A stretch of DNA of 64,000 nt from Callorhinchus milii (lineage: Eukaryota): contig NW_024704742.1 of NCBI RefSeq assembly GCF_018977255.1, positions 39,868,001-39,932,000 on the forward strand. The letters are read 5' to 3'. Made by a program: the position numbers and the translations under genes. The notes below the pieces were generated by a model. The model was not told the DNA's origin, did not search any database, and saw nothing but the letters and a program-made list of their open reading frames with translations. Below, in pieces: positions 1 through 11,877 of the stretch. How positions within the stretch are numbered: the stretch's first letter is position 1; every line of letters begins with the position of its first letter.

Positions 1-367
1 TAATCCCATTTCACTGCCTTTTTCTCAATACCATTTGCCTACAAAATATACAGTTACCACACTTTACAGTAAATCCTATGAATCGCTTTGAGATGCCCCC
101 TAATGTGGAAGGCATTGTAACAAATGTGAAGATTATTTACTTTAGTTATACACCTATTAATATCCTTACTTCCCAAGTACCTACCAATCGATCTCTCTTT
201 TAAACGTCTCATTAGGGTTATGCCTGTATGGCCTTCTATAAAACCACAGATTTTTACAGCACAAAAGTAGCTATTTAGCCCATCACATCTATGTCGGTTC
301 CCTCAAGAGCAATCCTTCAGTACCATTTACCTTTTCTTTTCCCATGCCCCTGTAGCTAATACTTTTT

Positions 368-559
368 AATAATAATCCCTCCAAAGAACAAAAACAATAA
401 TAAATTTGTCATTTTCAATCCATGACTGTTTGTGGGACATTGCTGTGCGCAATTGGCTGCCGCGTTCACCCACAAATATACAGTCAATTCACTTACAGTA
501 TATTCTGTGAAGCGCTTTGGGACGTCTAGAAGACTTGAATGCAAGGATTATTATTATTA
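368..559 (+). mobile_element. 5'-truncated tRNA/Deu SINE (Deu domain plus L2-like tail)
   Basis: Deu-type motif GACTGTTTGTGGGACATTGCTGTGCGCAATTGGCTGCCGCG, 3' GTGAAGCGCTTTGGGACGTC and an (ATT)n tail; near-identical to the 3' part of the full copies at 40137 and 59075. Confidence 0.9.
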
Positions 560-840
560 ATGAATTTGTCTAGAAGGCCAATATGGATTCTGCCTCAACC
601 AATGCTCCCGGCAGGGCATTCCATATCATAACTACCATGTATATGAAAAACTTCTCCTAACCTCCCCACTTGCTCATTTACTAATTATCTTAAATTGATG
701 CCCTCTAGTTTCTGACTCACTGACCAGTGGAAATAATTTCTCCCTGTTGACTCTATCAAAACCCCTCATAATTTAAAGATCTCTACCAGGTTATTCCTCA
801 ACCGTCTTTGCTCCAGGGGAAAAAGATCCAGTTCCATCAG
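560..840 (-). mobile_element. Degraded CR1 LINE 3' fragment
   Basis: Reverse complement resembles the CR1 ORF2 C-terminal region seen intact at 5630-5900 and 8116-8481. Confidence 0.7.
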
Positions 841-1759
841 TATCCATCTGAGGCATGTATTCTATGTTACTACTTCCAGTGTAAAGAAATATTTTCTGAT
901 CTCAATTACAAACCATTTTGTTCTAATATCTACAGTATAGGATGCAGGGCGTGAATGACCAGTGAGCAGAAAAATATATTTTTACAAAAGCTGTCCTTTA
1001 TGAACATGCAAAAGAACAAACGAATGAGCAAGGAATGAAAAAAGGTCATCAAGCTCATTCCTTCCAAAGATCACGCAAAATCGATCTTAATTATTTCACC
1101 CCACACAGCACATATCCGTGGAAATCATTACAACCTCTCCCAGAACTCCAAAGGCAATCAAGCAAAAAGAGTTGAACATTCATTCATTCCCACTTGTTAG
1201 CCTACAAAATATACAGTCACTATATTTTATATTAAATCCCCTGAAGTGCTTTGAAACATCCTCCTGACATGAAAGATGTTAGATCAATTGAAAACATTAT
1301 TATTCAACCCCAACCTCTTTCCCTTCACACAGCATTCTCACAAGCCTTTCTTTAGCTTTTAAAAGTTAAGATTCATAAGGTATAGGATCTGTATGGCATA
1401 AGCTTAGCCTTAAAGTTCTTGAAAGCATGACCAGCAATAGAGAAAGAGCTTTGGACAAATTTTGAAACCATAAAATACAAAGGGTTAAGGGTTAAGGCAG
1501 GACAAGAGGAACCCTTTCACAGAGTCAGCAGACAAATGATAGACCAAATGTCTTCTTTCTGTGCAATACAATCTATGATTTAAGATAGAAAGTATAAACA
1601 TATAACAATAAGAATAATAATCATCATCTTTGAAATTTGAAACAGCACCTCATCATGTCATTGAGGTGCCTTTAAAGTGGTTCGCGGGATTTACTGTAAA
1701 GTGACTGTATTTTGTAGTTGAATATGCAAGAAATGGTGCAAAATAATCTAACTTGGCAA

Positions 1760-2160
1760 CGACCAATGGCTCAATGGGTAGATTATGACTTGAAACCACA
1801 AAGAGCAGGAGACTACCAGGGTTGGGTTCCAATCCATATTGATTTGGCTGACCTCATCTGGAATGGCAGATGGAAGCACTACAAATTGACTTTAGGGTCT
1901 GTTTCTGATCTCTATTCAGTGACTCCTGTTAAAAAGATGTCTTAGCTACATCAGGTAAGGTTTGCGTTATTTAACTGTGATGTTTCTTTCAACCCTCCAC
2001 AACCACCACCATATGTGGCAAAACACCCTGTCCAACACTTGCTGTCCATTTTCACAAGTGAAGAATTGCCACCTGAACAAATTAATGCAGATCGAGGAGG
2101 CCTGTGAACGGTGCCTGAGCATGAATCATTGCCTTTGGGAGGAGGAAAATAGGATGAAGG
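1760..2160 (+). mobile_element. Ancient tRNA-SINE-like repeat (family uncertain, possibly AmnSINE2-related)
   Basis: A-box-like TGGCTCAATGGGTAG; 3' part (TGAAGAATTGCCAC...GCCTTTGGGAGGAGG) resembles 9190-9330 in this window. Confidence 0.4.
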
Positions 2161-3334
2161 AGATTATTTACTGAAATCTCAATAAAAACAAACAGCTAAC
2201 TTGTGAAAGCTGCTTGTCAGCTGATACCTAAAGAAAGTGTGCTTGAAATTCCCTTTCACTGAATTGCTTTCAATGATCAGAGGAGTTAGATAGTATTATT
2301 AGGTTTTCTCTCTTAACATTTGAATACAGTTTATTGTTGTGGAAGTCTGTCAAATCACTTCCAGGAAAATTCTTTGGGCTGGTGGTCATTTTACAGAGCC
2401 CACTCCTGACAGGACCACCATGTTTTCTCCTGTTTATTGTTCAAAGCCATGTTTGCAGACTGACACAACCAAACCGCAGATTTAAAAGAAGACAATGTCT
2501 GATGAACAGGAACGGTGTCAAAGTAGATCTTGCTGAAGGATTTTCTCACACACCAGTACTGTGGGTGTTGGTATTATGACACGTGCAGGCCTCATTGTTA
2601 TTTCTCACAACATCTTTGCCCGCCCTTGTACTCAGTCTTCCGGGTGGCCAGGTCATAAAACTGCCATGATTTACATTCCTGGTTCAAATTATCCACCTTT
2701 TCTCTTCCTGTCTCACTTGAGCTCCTTGTTTTGCACTTCGTACTGTCTTTCAATCATTGGGAACAGCAGTTGTCTTTCAGGGAGGCTGCAGATGGTGAGC
2801 AGAAATTCTGGTTCTGCAAGAACTGTGAAACAGGCATACTACACTGTCAAACCTCATCGCAATTGAATTTAACCTTTGTGGCTTCTGACAACAAAGATGG
2901 CAGATTTAGACATTCAGATTGTAATACTTGTACGTCTTTCCTTTTCATAAAACTAATGTATTAATTATATCTAAAATTAACCTAGTTCTATGGTAATGTT
3001 TTTAATGATAATCAGAGATATTATACAGAAATTTATATTAGCCTAATAAGTATTCTCTTACTTGTTTTTATAAGTTTATGCCCAGATGTTTTTATTTTAC
3101 TTTCTTCCCCATTGCTAAGGTCCCTCCCTACACACTATATAAGAATTTTCAGTGAAAAGAACACACAAGTGACTTGTTCCCAGCTGTTTCGAGTAGATGA
3201 GAAAGAGTCTAGTTTACTCACTTCTCGGTTCTCTTCACTCCCTGTGGGGAAGTGCCTCGCCTCCACTCAACGCCTCCCCTGGTAGCTCATTTGTTATACA
3301 AAACGTGCAGTGAAAACGTCCTTGAAATGTTTTG

Positions 3335-3665
3335 TGTCCGCTTGGATCAGTGGGCTGCACTTTTGCCTGCTTCTGGATTAGAAGATTGTGGGTACAATCC
3401 CCGCATTGGGACTTGAGCACATGGGCCAGGTTGACACACTGAGGAACTCTGCAAGGAACTCTGAATTAATTGCTGGATATGCCGTCATGTGCATGAGACC
3501 TGAAATCAAAGTCCTTTCTAACTGTTTAGGTGAAAGATCCCATGATACTATTTGAAAGAGAAGAGAATTTCTTCTGGTGTCCTGGCCAAAATATTCCAGA
3601 TAAATTGATCATTAATCTCTTAGTGGAACCTTCCTACTGCCAAGTGGTTTCAGATGTTTCCACAT
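3335..3665 (+). mobile_element. Degraded SacSINE1-like DeuSINE
   Basis: GGGACTTGAGCAC...GGTTGACAC, AAAGATCCCATG, GGTGTCCTGGCCAA are colinear with the full copy at 30635-31068. Confidence 0.75.
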
Positions 3666-3936
3666 GTTAAAGAAATGCTTCTTTCTTGGGAAAGGTCTTT
3701 CTTTACAGTAGTGTGCTTGTGTGAGTTGTGTCAGCAGGTGGACTTCACTTTGGAAACATTTTTAAATTTGTTCTTTACCAAGAGAACTTTAATATTCCTT
3801 TACCTATCAAATCTCCCACATAGTAATTATAAAATGGTCGGTGGCGATACTGAAGCAAATATATCAGATGTCAATAACGTCACCCAACAAGTAAAATGCT
3901 GTTTCATAACTGATTGCGAAGCAAATTGTTTCTTAC

Positions 3937-4005
3937 CCCTCTCCTTCAGCACAGAAACAATGGATATTCCGATGGCCTCCTTCTGCGCAGAAATTGGCTA
4001 TATTT
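3937..4005 (-). CDS. Candidate 69-nt internal exon (phase 2-2; NIANFCAEGGHRNIHCFCAEGE)
   Basis: Minus strand: tgtacttcacaatacag|...GAGGG|gtaaga; only one frame is open; internal 36-nt duplication with synonymous differences in that frame. Confidence 0.35.
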
Positions 4006-4419
4006 CTGTATTGTGAAGTACAATACAATAGAAAATTACATTTGTAAAGCAGAGAGTAGGGATAAACGGGTCCTTCTCAAATTGGTAGGTTGTAACTAGT
4101 GGAGTGCCGCAAGAATCAGTGCTTGGGCTTCAACAGTTACAGTCTACATCAATGACTTAAATGAGGAAATAGAGCTTAATATATCTAAATTTGTGGACGA
4201 TACAAAGCTAGATGGGAAAGTAAGCTGTGAGGAGGACACAAGGAGGATGCAAAGTGATAAAGACAGGTTAAGTGAGCGGGCAAGAAGGTGGCAGATGGAG
4301 ATAATCCAGGGAAGTGTGAAGTTATTCACCTTGGTAGAAAAATAGAAAAGCAGATTATTTTCTAGAGGGGGAGAGACTAGATAGTGTTAGTATTGAGAGA
4401 CGAGATAGTGTTAGATAGT

Positions 4420-4727
4420 GTGAAGTCCTGTAGCTCAGTGGTTAGAGCAAGCAAGAGACCTGAATTCAATTCCAGGCAGGGGGAAACCTTGGGCAAGTTT
4501 CCTTACTCCACACACCTAATAATAATCCCTCCAAAACAAAAAACAATAATAAATTGGTCATTTTCAATCTACGACTGTTTGTGGGACATTGCTGTGCGCA
4601 ACTGGCTGCCGCGTTCGGCCACAAATATACAGTCAATTCACTTTGCAGTATATTCTGTGAAGCGGTTTGGGACGTCTAGAAGACGTGAAAAGCGCTATAT
4701 ATCAATGCAAGGATTATTATTATTATT
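4420..4727 (+). mobile_element. tRNA/Deu SINE, short-linker subfamily, inserted in CR1
   Basis: A box TAGCTCAGTGG, B-box-like GAATTCAATTCC, Deu motif, (ATT)n tail; CR1 sequence resumes at CAGAGGGATTTAG. Confidence 0.93.
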
Positions 4728-5022
4728 CAGAGGGATTTAGTTGTCCTCATATACCAATCACTGAAAGTTAGTATGCAGGTACAGCAAGCAATTCGGAAGG
4801 CTAATAGAATGTTAGCATTTATTGCAAAGGGGTTAGAGTACAACAGTAGGGACGTCTTACTGCAAATGTATAGGGCCTTGGTGAGACCTCACCTGGAATA
4901 TTGTGTGCAGTTTTAGACTCCTTATCTAAGAAAGGATATACTCGCCTTACGTGCAACGTAAGTTCACTAGGTTGGTTCCTGGGATGAGAGGGTTGACCTA
5001 CGAGGAGAGGTTGAGTAGACTA

Positions 5023-5612
5023 CAACAACAACATTACATTTATAGAGAGCCTTTCATGTCGGGAGGACGTCCCAAAGCACTGAACAATCAGGGTTCAGGA
5101 CCCGAACATGGGGGAGGTGTAGTGGGGAGAGAAGGGAGAGAGGTGGGAGGGAGACTAAAGGCACAATCGAAGAGAAAAGTCTTGAGACCGGGCTTGAAGG
5201 ATACAAGGGAGGAAGCGAGGTGAAGGGACCGTGGGATGGAGTTCCAGAGTGTGGGGGCAGAGAGGCTGAAAGCCCGGCCACCGATGGTAGGGCGGGTCGG
5301 GCGGGAGACATGGAGCAGGCCGGAGCCCGCTGAACAGAGGGAGCGGGCAGGTTGGTAGGGAGTCAGCAGATCAGAGAGGTAGGAGGGAGCAAGGCCATGG
5401 ATGGCTTTGAAAGTGAGGACCATGATCTTGAAGTCGATCCTCTGAGGGATGGGGAGCCAGTGGAGTCGAGCCAGTGATGGGGACACAGAGCCTGGTGCAC
5501 GAGAGTACACGAGTTGCAGAGTTTTGGATGATCTGCAGCTTGTGAATGGAAGAGTTGGGAAGGCCGATGAGGAGGGAGATTCCATAATCGAGCCTTGATG
5601 TGACGAATGTGA
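5023..5612 (-). mobile_element. L2 LINE 3' fragment inserted antisense in CR1
   Basis: ORF 5088-5585 encodes LARLHWLPIPQRIDFKI...LAPSYLSDLL...RAFSLSAPTLWNSIP (typical L2 ORF2 C-terminus); (GTT)n tail. Confidence 0.92.
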
Positions 5613-6929
5613 TGATGTGACTATTAGGCCTATATTCTCTAGAATATAGAAGAATTAGAGGTAATCTTACAGAAACCTATAAGATTCTTAAGGGTCTTGA
5701 CAGGGTAGATATTGTGAGATTGTTTCCCCTGGTTGGAGAATCTAAAACTAGGGGTCATAGACTCAGGATTAAAGGTCAGCCCTTTAGAACTGAGTTGAGA
5801 AAACATTTCTTCACTCAGAGGGTAGTGAATTTATGGAATTCTCTACCTCAGAAGGCTGTGGAAGCTCAGTCACTGAACATATTCAAGACAGATCAATAGA
5901 TTTTTAAAAACTAAAGGGATTAAGGAATATGGGGATAGGGCAGGTAAATGGAATCAGGTTAGAAGATCAGACATGATCTTATTAAATGTCGGGGCAGGCT
6001 CGAGGGGCCGAATGGCCTACTCCTGCTCCTATTTCTTATGTTCTTATCAGAATGTGGTACAAACGGGTTGCAATTTAAGCAGTTTTGGCTGACGTGGGGA
6101 GTACCAGGGCTGTTTTGGCTGTAACACTCAGTGGAAGGTTTGCAATAGTTTAGGAAGTAATTAAACTTCTTTGCTGACTGCAGTATGACAAGTGGTTGGT
6201 TAGCTTAACTTTGGAAACCAGTGAATTTGAAATAGAATTTGAGGTGCAAATTAAAAAGCTACACTGGCTGAAGCATGCCTTATAGTGTATTTTGTTGATT
6301 TAAATGCTGAAGCCAATAGATTTTTGTGGCACAGCAGCACCCAAAAATAAATCAATAACTGCAGTGTATTTTATTGACAAAATAAATATTTTACTAAGCA
6401 GGCAGTGAAAATATGTGGTATTTTAAATGTCTGAATGGTGATTATTAAAATATTTTGGCTGGTAAGTGAGGGGGAGAGAAGCACTGGTAGGCAGTACTTC
6501 ACTCCTCTTAGTGTGTGGATAAAGGATTTGTTTATTTAAAAATCTGTCACAGCCATTTACTGTCTCTGCCCTGGAGCTGATCTCTTACTCCCGACCAGGC
6601 CAGGAAGGAGGGAGGCAAGGTGGGGGGTTACCATAACCACACATCTGCTGAGGTGATCAGTGCAAGTAGATTTTAAAACTAGCGAACCACATGTCCAGTG
6701 AGAAACCAAACAGTTCCTGGTGAAGTGAGCTCCTTAATGAGCTCTAATCTTTTGTCAACAGTAAACACATGTACACTTGCTCCCATTGGTGTCCTGATGA
6801 TAAATACAGCTTGACATGCTTGCTCTTTCTCATGTCACCTGCTTGTCAACGGAGGAGACTTTACATCTCAGCCTCCTCCATTGCTTGTGGATTTGAATGT
6901 CTTAAAGATATTTGATCATACTTCTGACT

Positions 6930-7150
6930 GTATTATACATGTAATGTAATGTGATGATGTAATGTACAGGGAATATAATGTAAAGTAATGAGTGTCATTA
7001 CATCATTGTATTACATCATTGAACCCTAACCCTAGATGATGATGTAATGTAAGGTGATGATTCCTTGTACTTGTGATGTAACGCAATGATATCATGTGCA
7101 GGTGATATAACGTAATGAGGTAAAGTACAGGTAATGTAAAGTAATGAGCT
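6930..7150. repeat. Degenerate AT-rich (GTAAT/GTGAT) low-complexity repeat
   Basis: Many imperfect ATGTA/GTGAT units. Confidence 0.7.
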
Positions 7151-7179
7151 CCTGTTTGAATGCATAGCTGTGTATTAGT

Positions 7180-7860
7180 GTTCCTGAGTACCCTATCCTT
7201 TGTCCTCTCCTTTTTGTCCTCTTGGTAATATCATCTGCAGGCATGAGGTTGATTTCCACATATATGCAGACACTCAACTCTATTTCTCTGCTTCCACCCT
7301 AGACACCAGGACCACTATTATTCATTTTTTCCATCTATCAGGCACCTTGGATGAGCCATAACTTTCTCTAAAACAACACTGACAAAATTGAGACCTTCAT
7401 GTTCAGCTCCCATCAATACTTCCTCACTTCAGGCACCGACTATATCAACCTCCCCATTTGCTCACTACAAATCACGGAGATGATCTTGGCATTTTGTTCA
7501 ACCCTCAACTGTCCAGATAGTGGTGAAAGCATCTGATCTATCAGAGATGGAACAAGACCACTTTGTTTATCTCTCAAAGATCACCTGTCTCTAGCAGCAC
7601 CTTATCCCAATGCAGCCGAAACTCTCATCCATGCCTTTGTCAACTCCAAGGCTAAACTTTTCCAATACCCTGCTTGCTGGCCTGCCAAGCTCCAATCTCC
7701 ACAAACTCCAGACTATACCAAACTCCAAAGCTGGTATCCTCTCCCACATTAGGCTCCATGAGCTCATTACTCCCATTTTTGTCAGGATCCACTGGTTCCT
7801 TATCTTCCAGCAAATCCTTGTTCTCATCTTTAAATACCACCATGACCATGCACACCCTTG
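7180..7860 (+). mobile_element. Old L2 LINE fragment (RT C-terminal part)
   Basis: GVPEYPILCPLLF-like and [21 protein letters not shown]...IHWFLIFQQI remnants. Confidence 0.8.
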
Positions 7861-8915
7861 TTACTTGGGTGTCCTTGTATACCAATCACAGAAAGTTAGT
7901 CTGCAGGTGCAGCAGCAATTAGGAAGGCAAACGGTATGTTAGCATTCATTATGAAAGGATTAGAGTATAAGAGTAGGGAAGTCTTGCTGCAACTGTATAG
8001 GACCCTGGTGAGACCACACCTGGAATACTGTGTGAAGTTTTGGTCTCCTTATTTAAGGAAGGATGTACTTGCCTTGGAGGGGCTGCAGCGTTGATTTACT
8101 AGGTTAGTACCAGGGATGAAGGGGATGAGTTACGAGGATAGGCTGACCAATTTGGGCCTATATTCTCTAGAATATAGAAGAATTAGAGGGGATCTTATAG
8201 AAACCTATAAGATCATCAAAGGGCATGATAGAGTAGATAGTGGGAGGTTGTTTCCCCTGGTTGGAGAAACTAAAACAAGGGATCACAACCTTAAAATCAG
8301 AGGCCAGCCCTGTCGCACTGAGTTGAGGAAGAACTTCTTCACTCAAAGGGTGGTGAATGTATGGAACTCACTACCCCAAAGAGCTGTTGATGCTCAGTCC
8401 TTGAACATATTCAAGATAGAGATAGATATATTTCTTACGGCAAAAGGGATTAAGGGATATGGGGATAAGGCAGGGTTATAGTATTAGCTGGAGTTAGATT
8501 AGAAGATAATAATAATAATAATAATAATAATAATTCTTGCATTTGATATAGCGCTTTTCACCTCAGGAGGACGTCCCAAAGCGCTTCACAGAACACACTG
8601 TAACGTGAATTGACTGTATATTTGTGGGCAAACGCGGCAGCCAATTGCGCACAGCAATGTCCTACAAACAGTCGTAGATTGAAAATGACCAATTTATTAT
8701 TGTTTTTGGTTTTGGAGGGATTATTATTAGGCTCTGTGTGGAGTAAGGAAACTTGCCCAAGGTTTTGCTCTGCCTGGAATTGAACTCAGGTCTCTCGCTT
8801 GCAAAGCGAGTGCTCTAACCACTGAGCTACAGGACTCCACCATGATTGAATGGCGGGGCAGGTTCGAAGGGCCGAATGGCCTACTTCTGCTCCTACATCT
8901 TATCTTATGTTATGT
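7861..8915 (+). mobile_element. 5'-truncated CR1 LINE with a SINE inserted in its 3' UTR
   Basis: ORF 8116-8481 LGLYSLEYRRIRGDLIETYKIIKG...FFTQRVVNVWNSLP; CR1 3' UTR; possible TSD TGTTACT (7859-7865 and 8913-8919). Confidence 0.93.
8506..8840 (-). mobile_element. Full-length tRNA/Deu SINE, short-linker subfamily
   Basis: Reverse complement starts GTGGAGTCCTGTAGCTCAGTGGTTAGAGCACTCGCTTTGCAAGCGAG and ends (ATT)n. Confidence 0.95.
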
Positions 8916-10896
8916 TACTGACTGAGCCAGATTGACACTCAGTATATCCTGTCCAGCACTTTGAGACATTCTCCTGACACAAAAGTCCCTTTATCAAATG
9001 TAAGAATTATTCTTATTATCATTGTGATTTTTATTTCCAGGGACAGGCAATCCCAGGCATACAAGAATAATATTGTTGTCACTTACAGTTGGCCTGTCAT
9101 TCATTCAATTAAGAAAAAAACAGGGAGGAGTGGCATAGACACAATGAACCAAATAGCCCCTTTCTGTGCAGAAAAATCCATATTTTTATGAATAATGACC
9201 AGTATGTGCGGTACCGAAGGACAACCGAGGTCGGTAGATCTGTGTGCTCTTAGAAGGAAAAAGGATTCAATTGGCTTCAGGAGAGAAGCGGAAGGAAAAT
9301 ATTAGTGGAGAAAATTGGCGAGGAAGGAGGAGAAATATAAAAATATAGCTCAAAAGCCAATTTCCAACTTATTACTGTAATATTGTTGTTTTGGACTCAA
9401 ATTCGGTTGGCAGAGAAAGTGTATCAGTCAGAGATGTACCACCAGGAGATTTAACACTTGCCATTAATTGAAAGGACAACAACAGTAATTGAGCCGATTG
9501 ATCACTGGTTCACCACTAAACAAACATACAACTTGCCAAGCGGAAAATCCAGCTCTGCCGTACAAACCTCTCACTATTCAGTTAACTAGACATTTACAGA
9601 CCACTTTCCACATTGGGGATTGATTGAGTTACCATTCAATGAGTGCATCTTTCGCTTCACACAAGACACATATGGCAATAAAATTAATTGCACAGCTCAA
9701 CAGATACATGTATTCAACTCCACTAACTCTGTTGAAGAATTATTCCAGGATTATTCCAGATTTGCTTTATCCTAATGTGCCTGCCTGAAAAACACAATCA
9801 TTTAAAATGGTTAATATATGTAATGAAGTATAATTAAATGTATTGAAGTAGAAAAAAAGTTTTTAAAACTCATCACAATGTGACTTCTCTCCCAACTGAC
9901 CTCATAATCTTCACCTGAAGCATGGAAATGTGACATTTTATTACTTACTCAGAGCAGTACGCTATGTGACAATTATCACCAGTAAACATTATGACAAGTA
10001 ATGGTTACTTTGTGCCTTAATGACAGGTTTGGAATTGAACCCCACCTTTCGCCTCTAAATCATAAGGTTGCGGACAAATCGGATTTAAATTTTGTCATGA
10101 ACTCATAAACTGATAAAACGTGCTTGATGTTCCTAAGCAATATTCTACATTGGAGCAATACTTTTAGATAAACCAGGATAAAAGGTATGAGTTCAGGGTT
10201 GTGAAGGGAAATTGTATATTAGATAGTAGGAAGTATTTCTTTAGATAGATGTTAATCAATATCATTAATTGTATTGAGATCAGGTCACGTTTCAGAATCA
10301 TCCTCAGATACAAAAGTAGTGAAATATCTCAGCATCGTCAATGTACAGTCATATAGTCCATAAGCATCAATATAATACAATAATAAATCAACATCTCTTA
10401 TAATATGTGTGCAATTTAGTCACTCAGATTTTACTTGGTGAAGGTGTCAGCCTGCCTCAGTCAGGAGCACTCTTGCCTTTGAGTCAGAACATTGTGCATT
10501 CAATAAACTTAATCCATTATTTGGAAATCTTTAAAACAAAATTTTCCAATTTGCTTACAACTCTAAATTTCATATTTACAATATTTGCAAAAAAGGAAAA
10601 TAATGCTTGTGTTTGATGTAAAGCCTGCAACTTTCAAACATCTTAAATCACTTGACATGTATTTGCTGTCAAGTGCTTTGACTGAGTATTCGCAGACAAA
10701 TACAGACCAATTTGCACACAGCAAGGTCTCATGAATAGCCATGAAGTGAAAGCCAATTTAGCTGGAGGATTATTAGCAGGAAGCTGGAAGAAACTCTTTT
10801 CAATTAATCATAGAATCTGTATGCAGATGTCTCAAAGATGTGATAGAGCGCTATATCAAATGTAAGGATTATTATTATTATGATTATTATTATTAC

Positions 10897-11877
10897 CTGG
10901 TGAACCTCAGCTCAACATTATTCAACATCTCCTGGAAGTTGCCAAGTGATGCTTGCTTGTTTTTTACTTCCAGTGTTCTGAGCAGAACTCCAGCATCACA
11001 CTGCCAAAATATAAAATAATTTTCCAAGTGCGACTTTGGTTTAACCAAATCTCATCCAAAGGACAGCACCTCTAATAATACAGTGCTGACTCAGCATTGC
11101 AGGGTGTAAGCATTGACTTTGAATTGAAAGTTCCAATGTGGAGCTTGAGCCCACAATCTTCTGATCGATACACGTGAATGTTACCAACTGAGCCAGCCTC
11201 ACATCAATTTACTTCCTCCCCACTCTGTATTTCTTTCACTTTGCCAGTTATTCCTCTTTTTATCAGTCCCTTAGTCTTTCTCCATAGTTTTCTCTGAGAA
11301 CATGTGTCTCTCATATAAAAGCTCTTATTTGGGCTACTCTGCTGCGTGAGACTTGCCATCCAAATGAAAGTTTATTGATGTTCAACACAAAGCTGATCCA
11401 GGTCACAGTTGGGAGCAGTTCTCTTTATTAAAAGCACCTTTTTCACATTGAGGTTCTGCTTTCCTTGCATCCCCTTTCATTTGTGTATTTTCTGCAAGTT
11501 TATGTGAAAACAATCTCCCCTTCCTCAGAAAATAATGGTATTGATACAAAACAGCCAAAACACAAAATTAAAATATATTAAAAAATAAGAACTGTAACAA
11601 GATCATGCAATAGTTTGATAAGAAACATTAACTTTTCTTATAGTTTATAAAATAGTTTATCTAGTGTGATATCACAAGAGATCAAGTCAATGGGATGCCT
11701 GAGGATGCAAACCCACCAAATTTATTATCCCCAAAAAGAAAGCTTATGTTAAATGTTGGCACTCCTGTGACGCGGGAGTTCTGCTCAGAACTCAGGAAGT
11801 AAAAAGCAGGCAGACATCACTTGGCAACCTCCAGCAGATGTTGAATAAAGTTTCTCTGTTGAGCTGAGTTTCACCAG
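10897..11877. repeat. Long diverged inverted repeat (about 125-bp arms); possible MITE/foldback element
   Basis: 10897-11022 is the diverged reverse complement of 11738-11877. Confidence 0.85.
11030..11205 (-). mobile_element. SacSINE1-like DeuSINE 5' fragment
   Basis: Reverse complement contains GGCTGGCTCAGTTGGTAAC...CAGAAGATTGTGGGCTCAAG...GGTGCTGTCCTTTGGATGAGA. Confidence 0.75.

Larger units (their letters stand above)
4060..6047 (+). mobile_element. 5'-truncated CR1 LINE (RT C-terminus and 3' UTR), interrupted by a SINE and an L2
   Basis: SKFVDDTKL (RT motif), RPHLEYCVQF, RLFPLVGESKTRGH...FFTQRVVNLWNSLP; 3' UTR GGGGCCGAATGGCCTACTCCTGCTCCTATTTCTTATGTTCTTAT; frameshifts and stops present. 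Confidence 0.93.

Noticed and set aside
2781..2794. Plus-strand 14-nt microexon (ctttcag|GGAGGCTGCAGATG|gtgagc)
   Set aside because: Not frame-preserving, short pyrimidine tract and no supporting plus-strand chain; such matches are expected by chance.
7022..7034. Telomere-like AACCCTAACCCTA
   Set aside because: Only two units inside low-complexity DNA; not an interstitial telomeric array.
8116..8481. 121-aa ORF and similar ORFs (5088-5585, 34196-34663, 45432-45773) as protein-coding genes
   Set aside because: These are C-terminal remnants of CR1 or L2 ORF2 in 5'-truncated, frameshifted copies. No intact autonomous element is in the window.
9190..9340. CpG-containing patch with a minus-strand pyrimidine tract resembling an exon acceptor
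   Set aside because: It matches the 3' end of the ancient SINE-like repeat at 1760-2160, and no donor was found.
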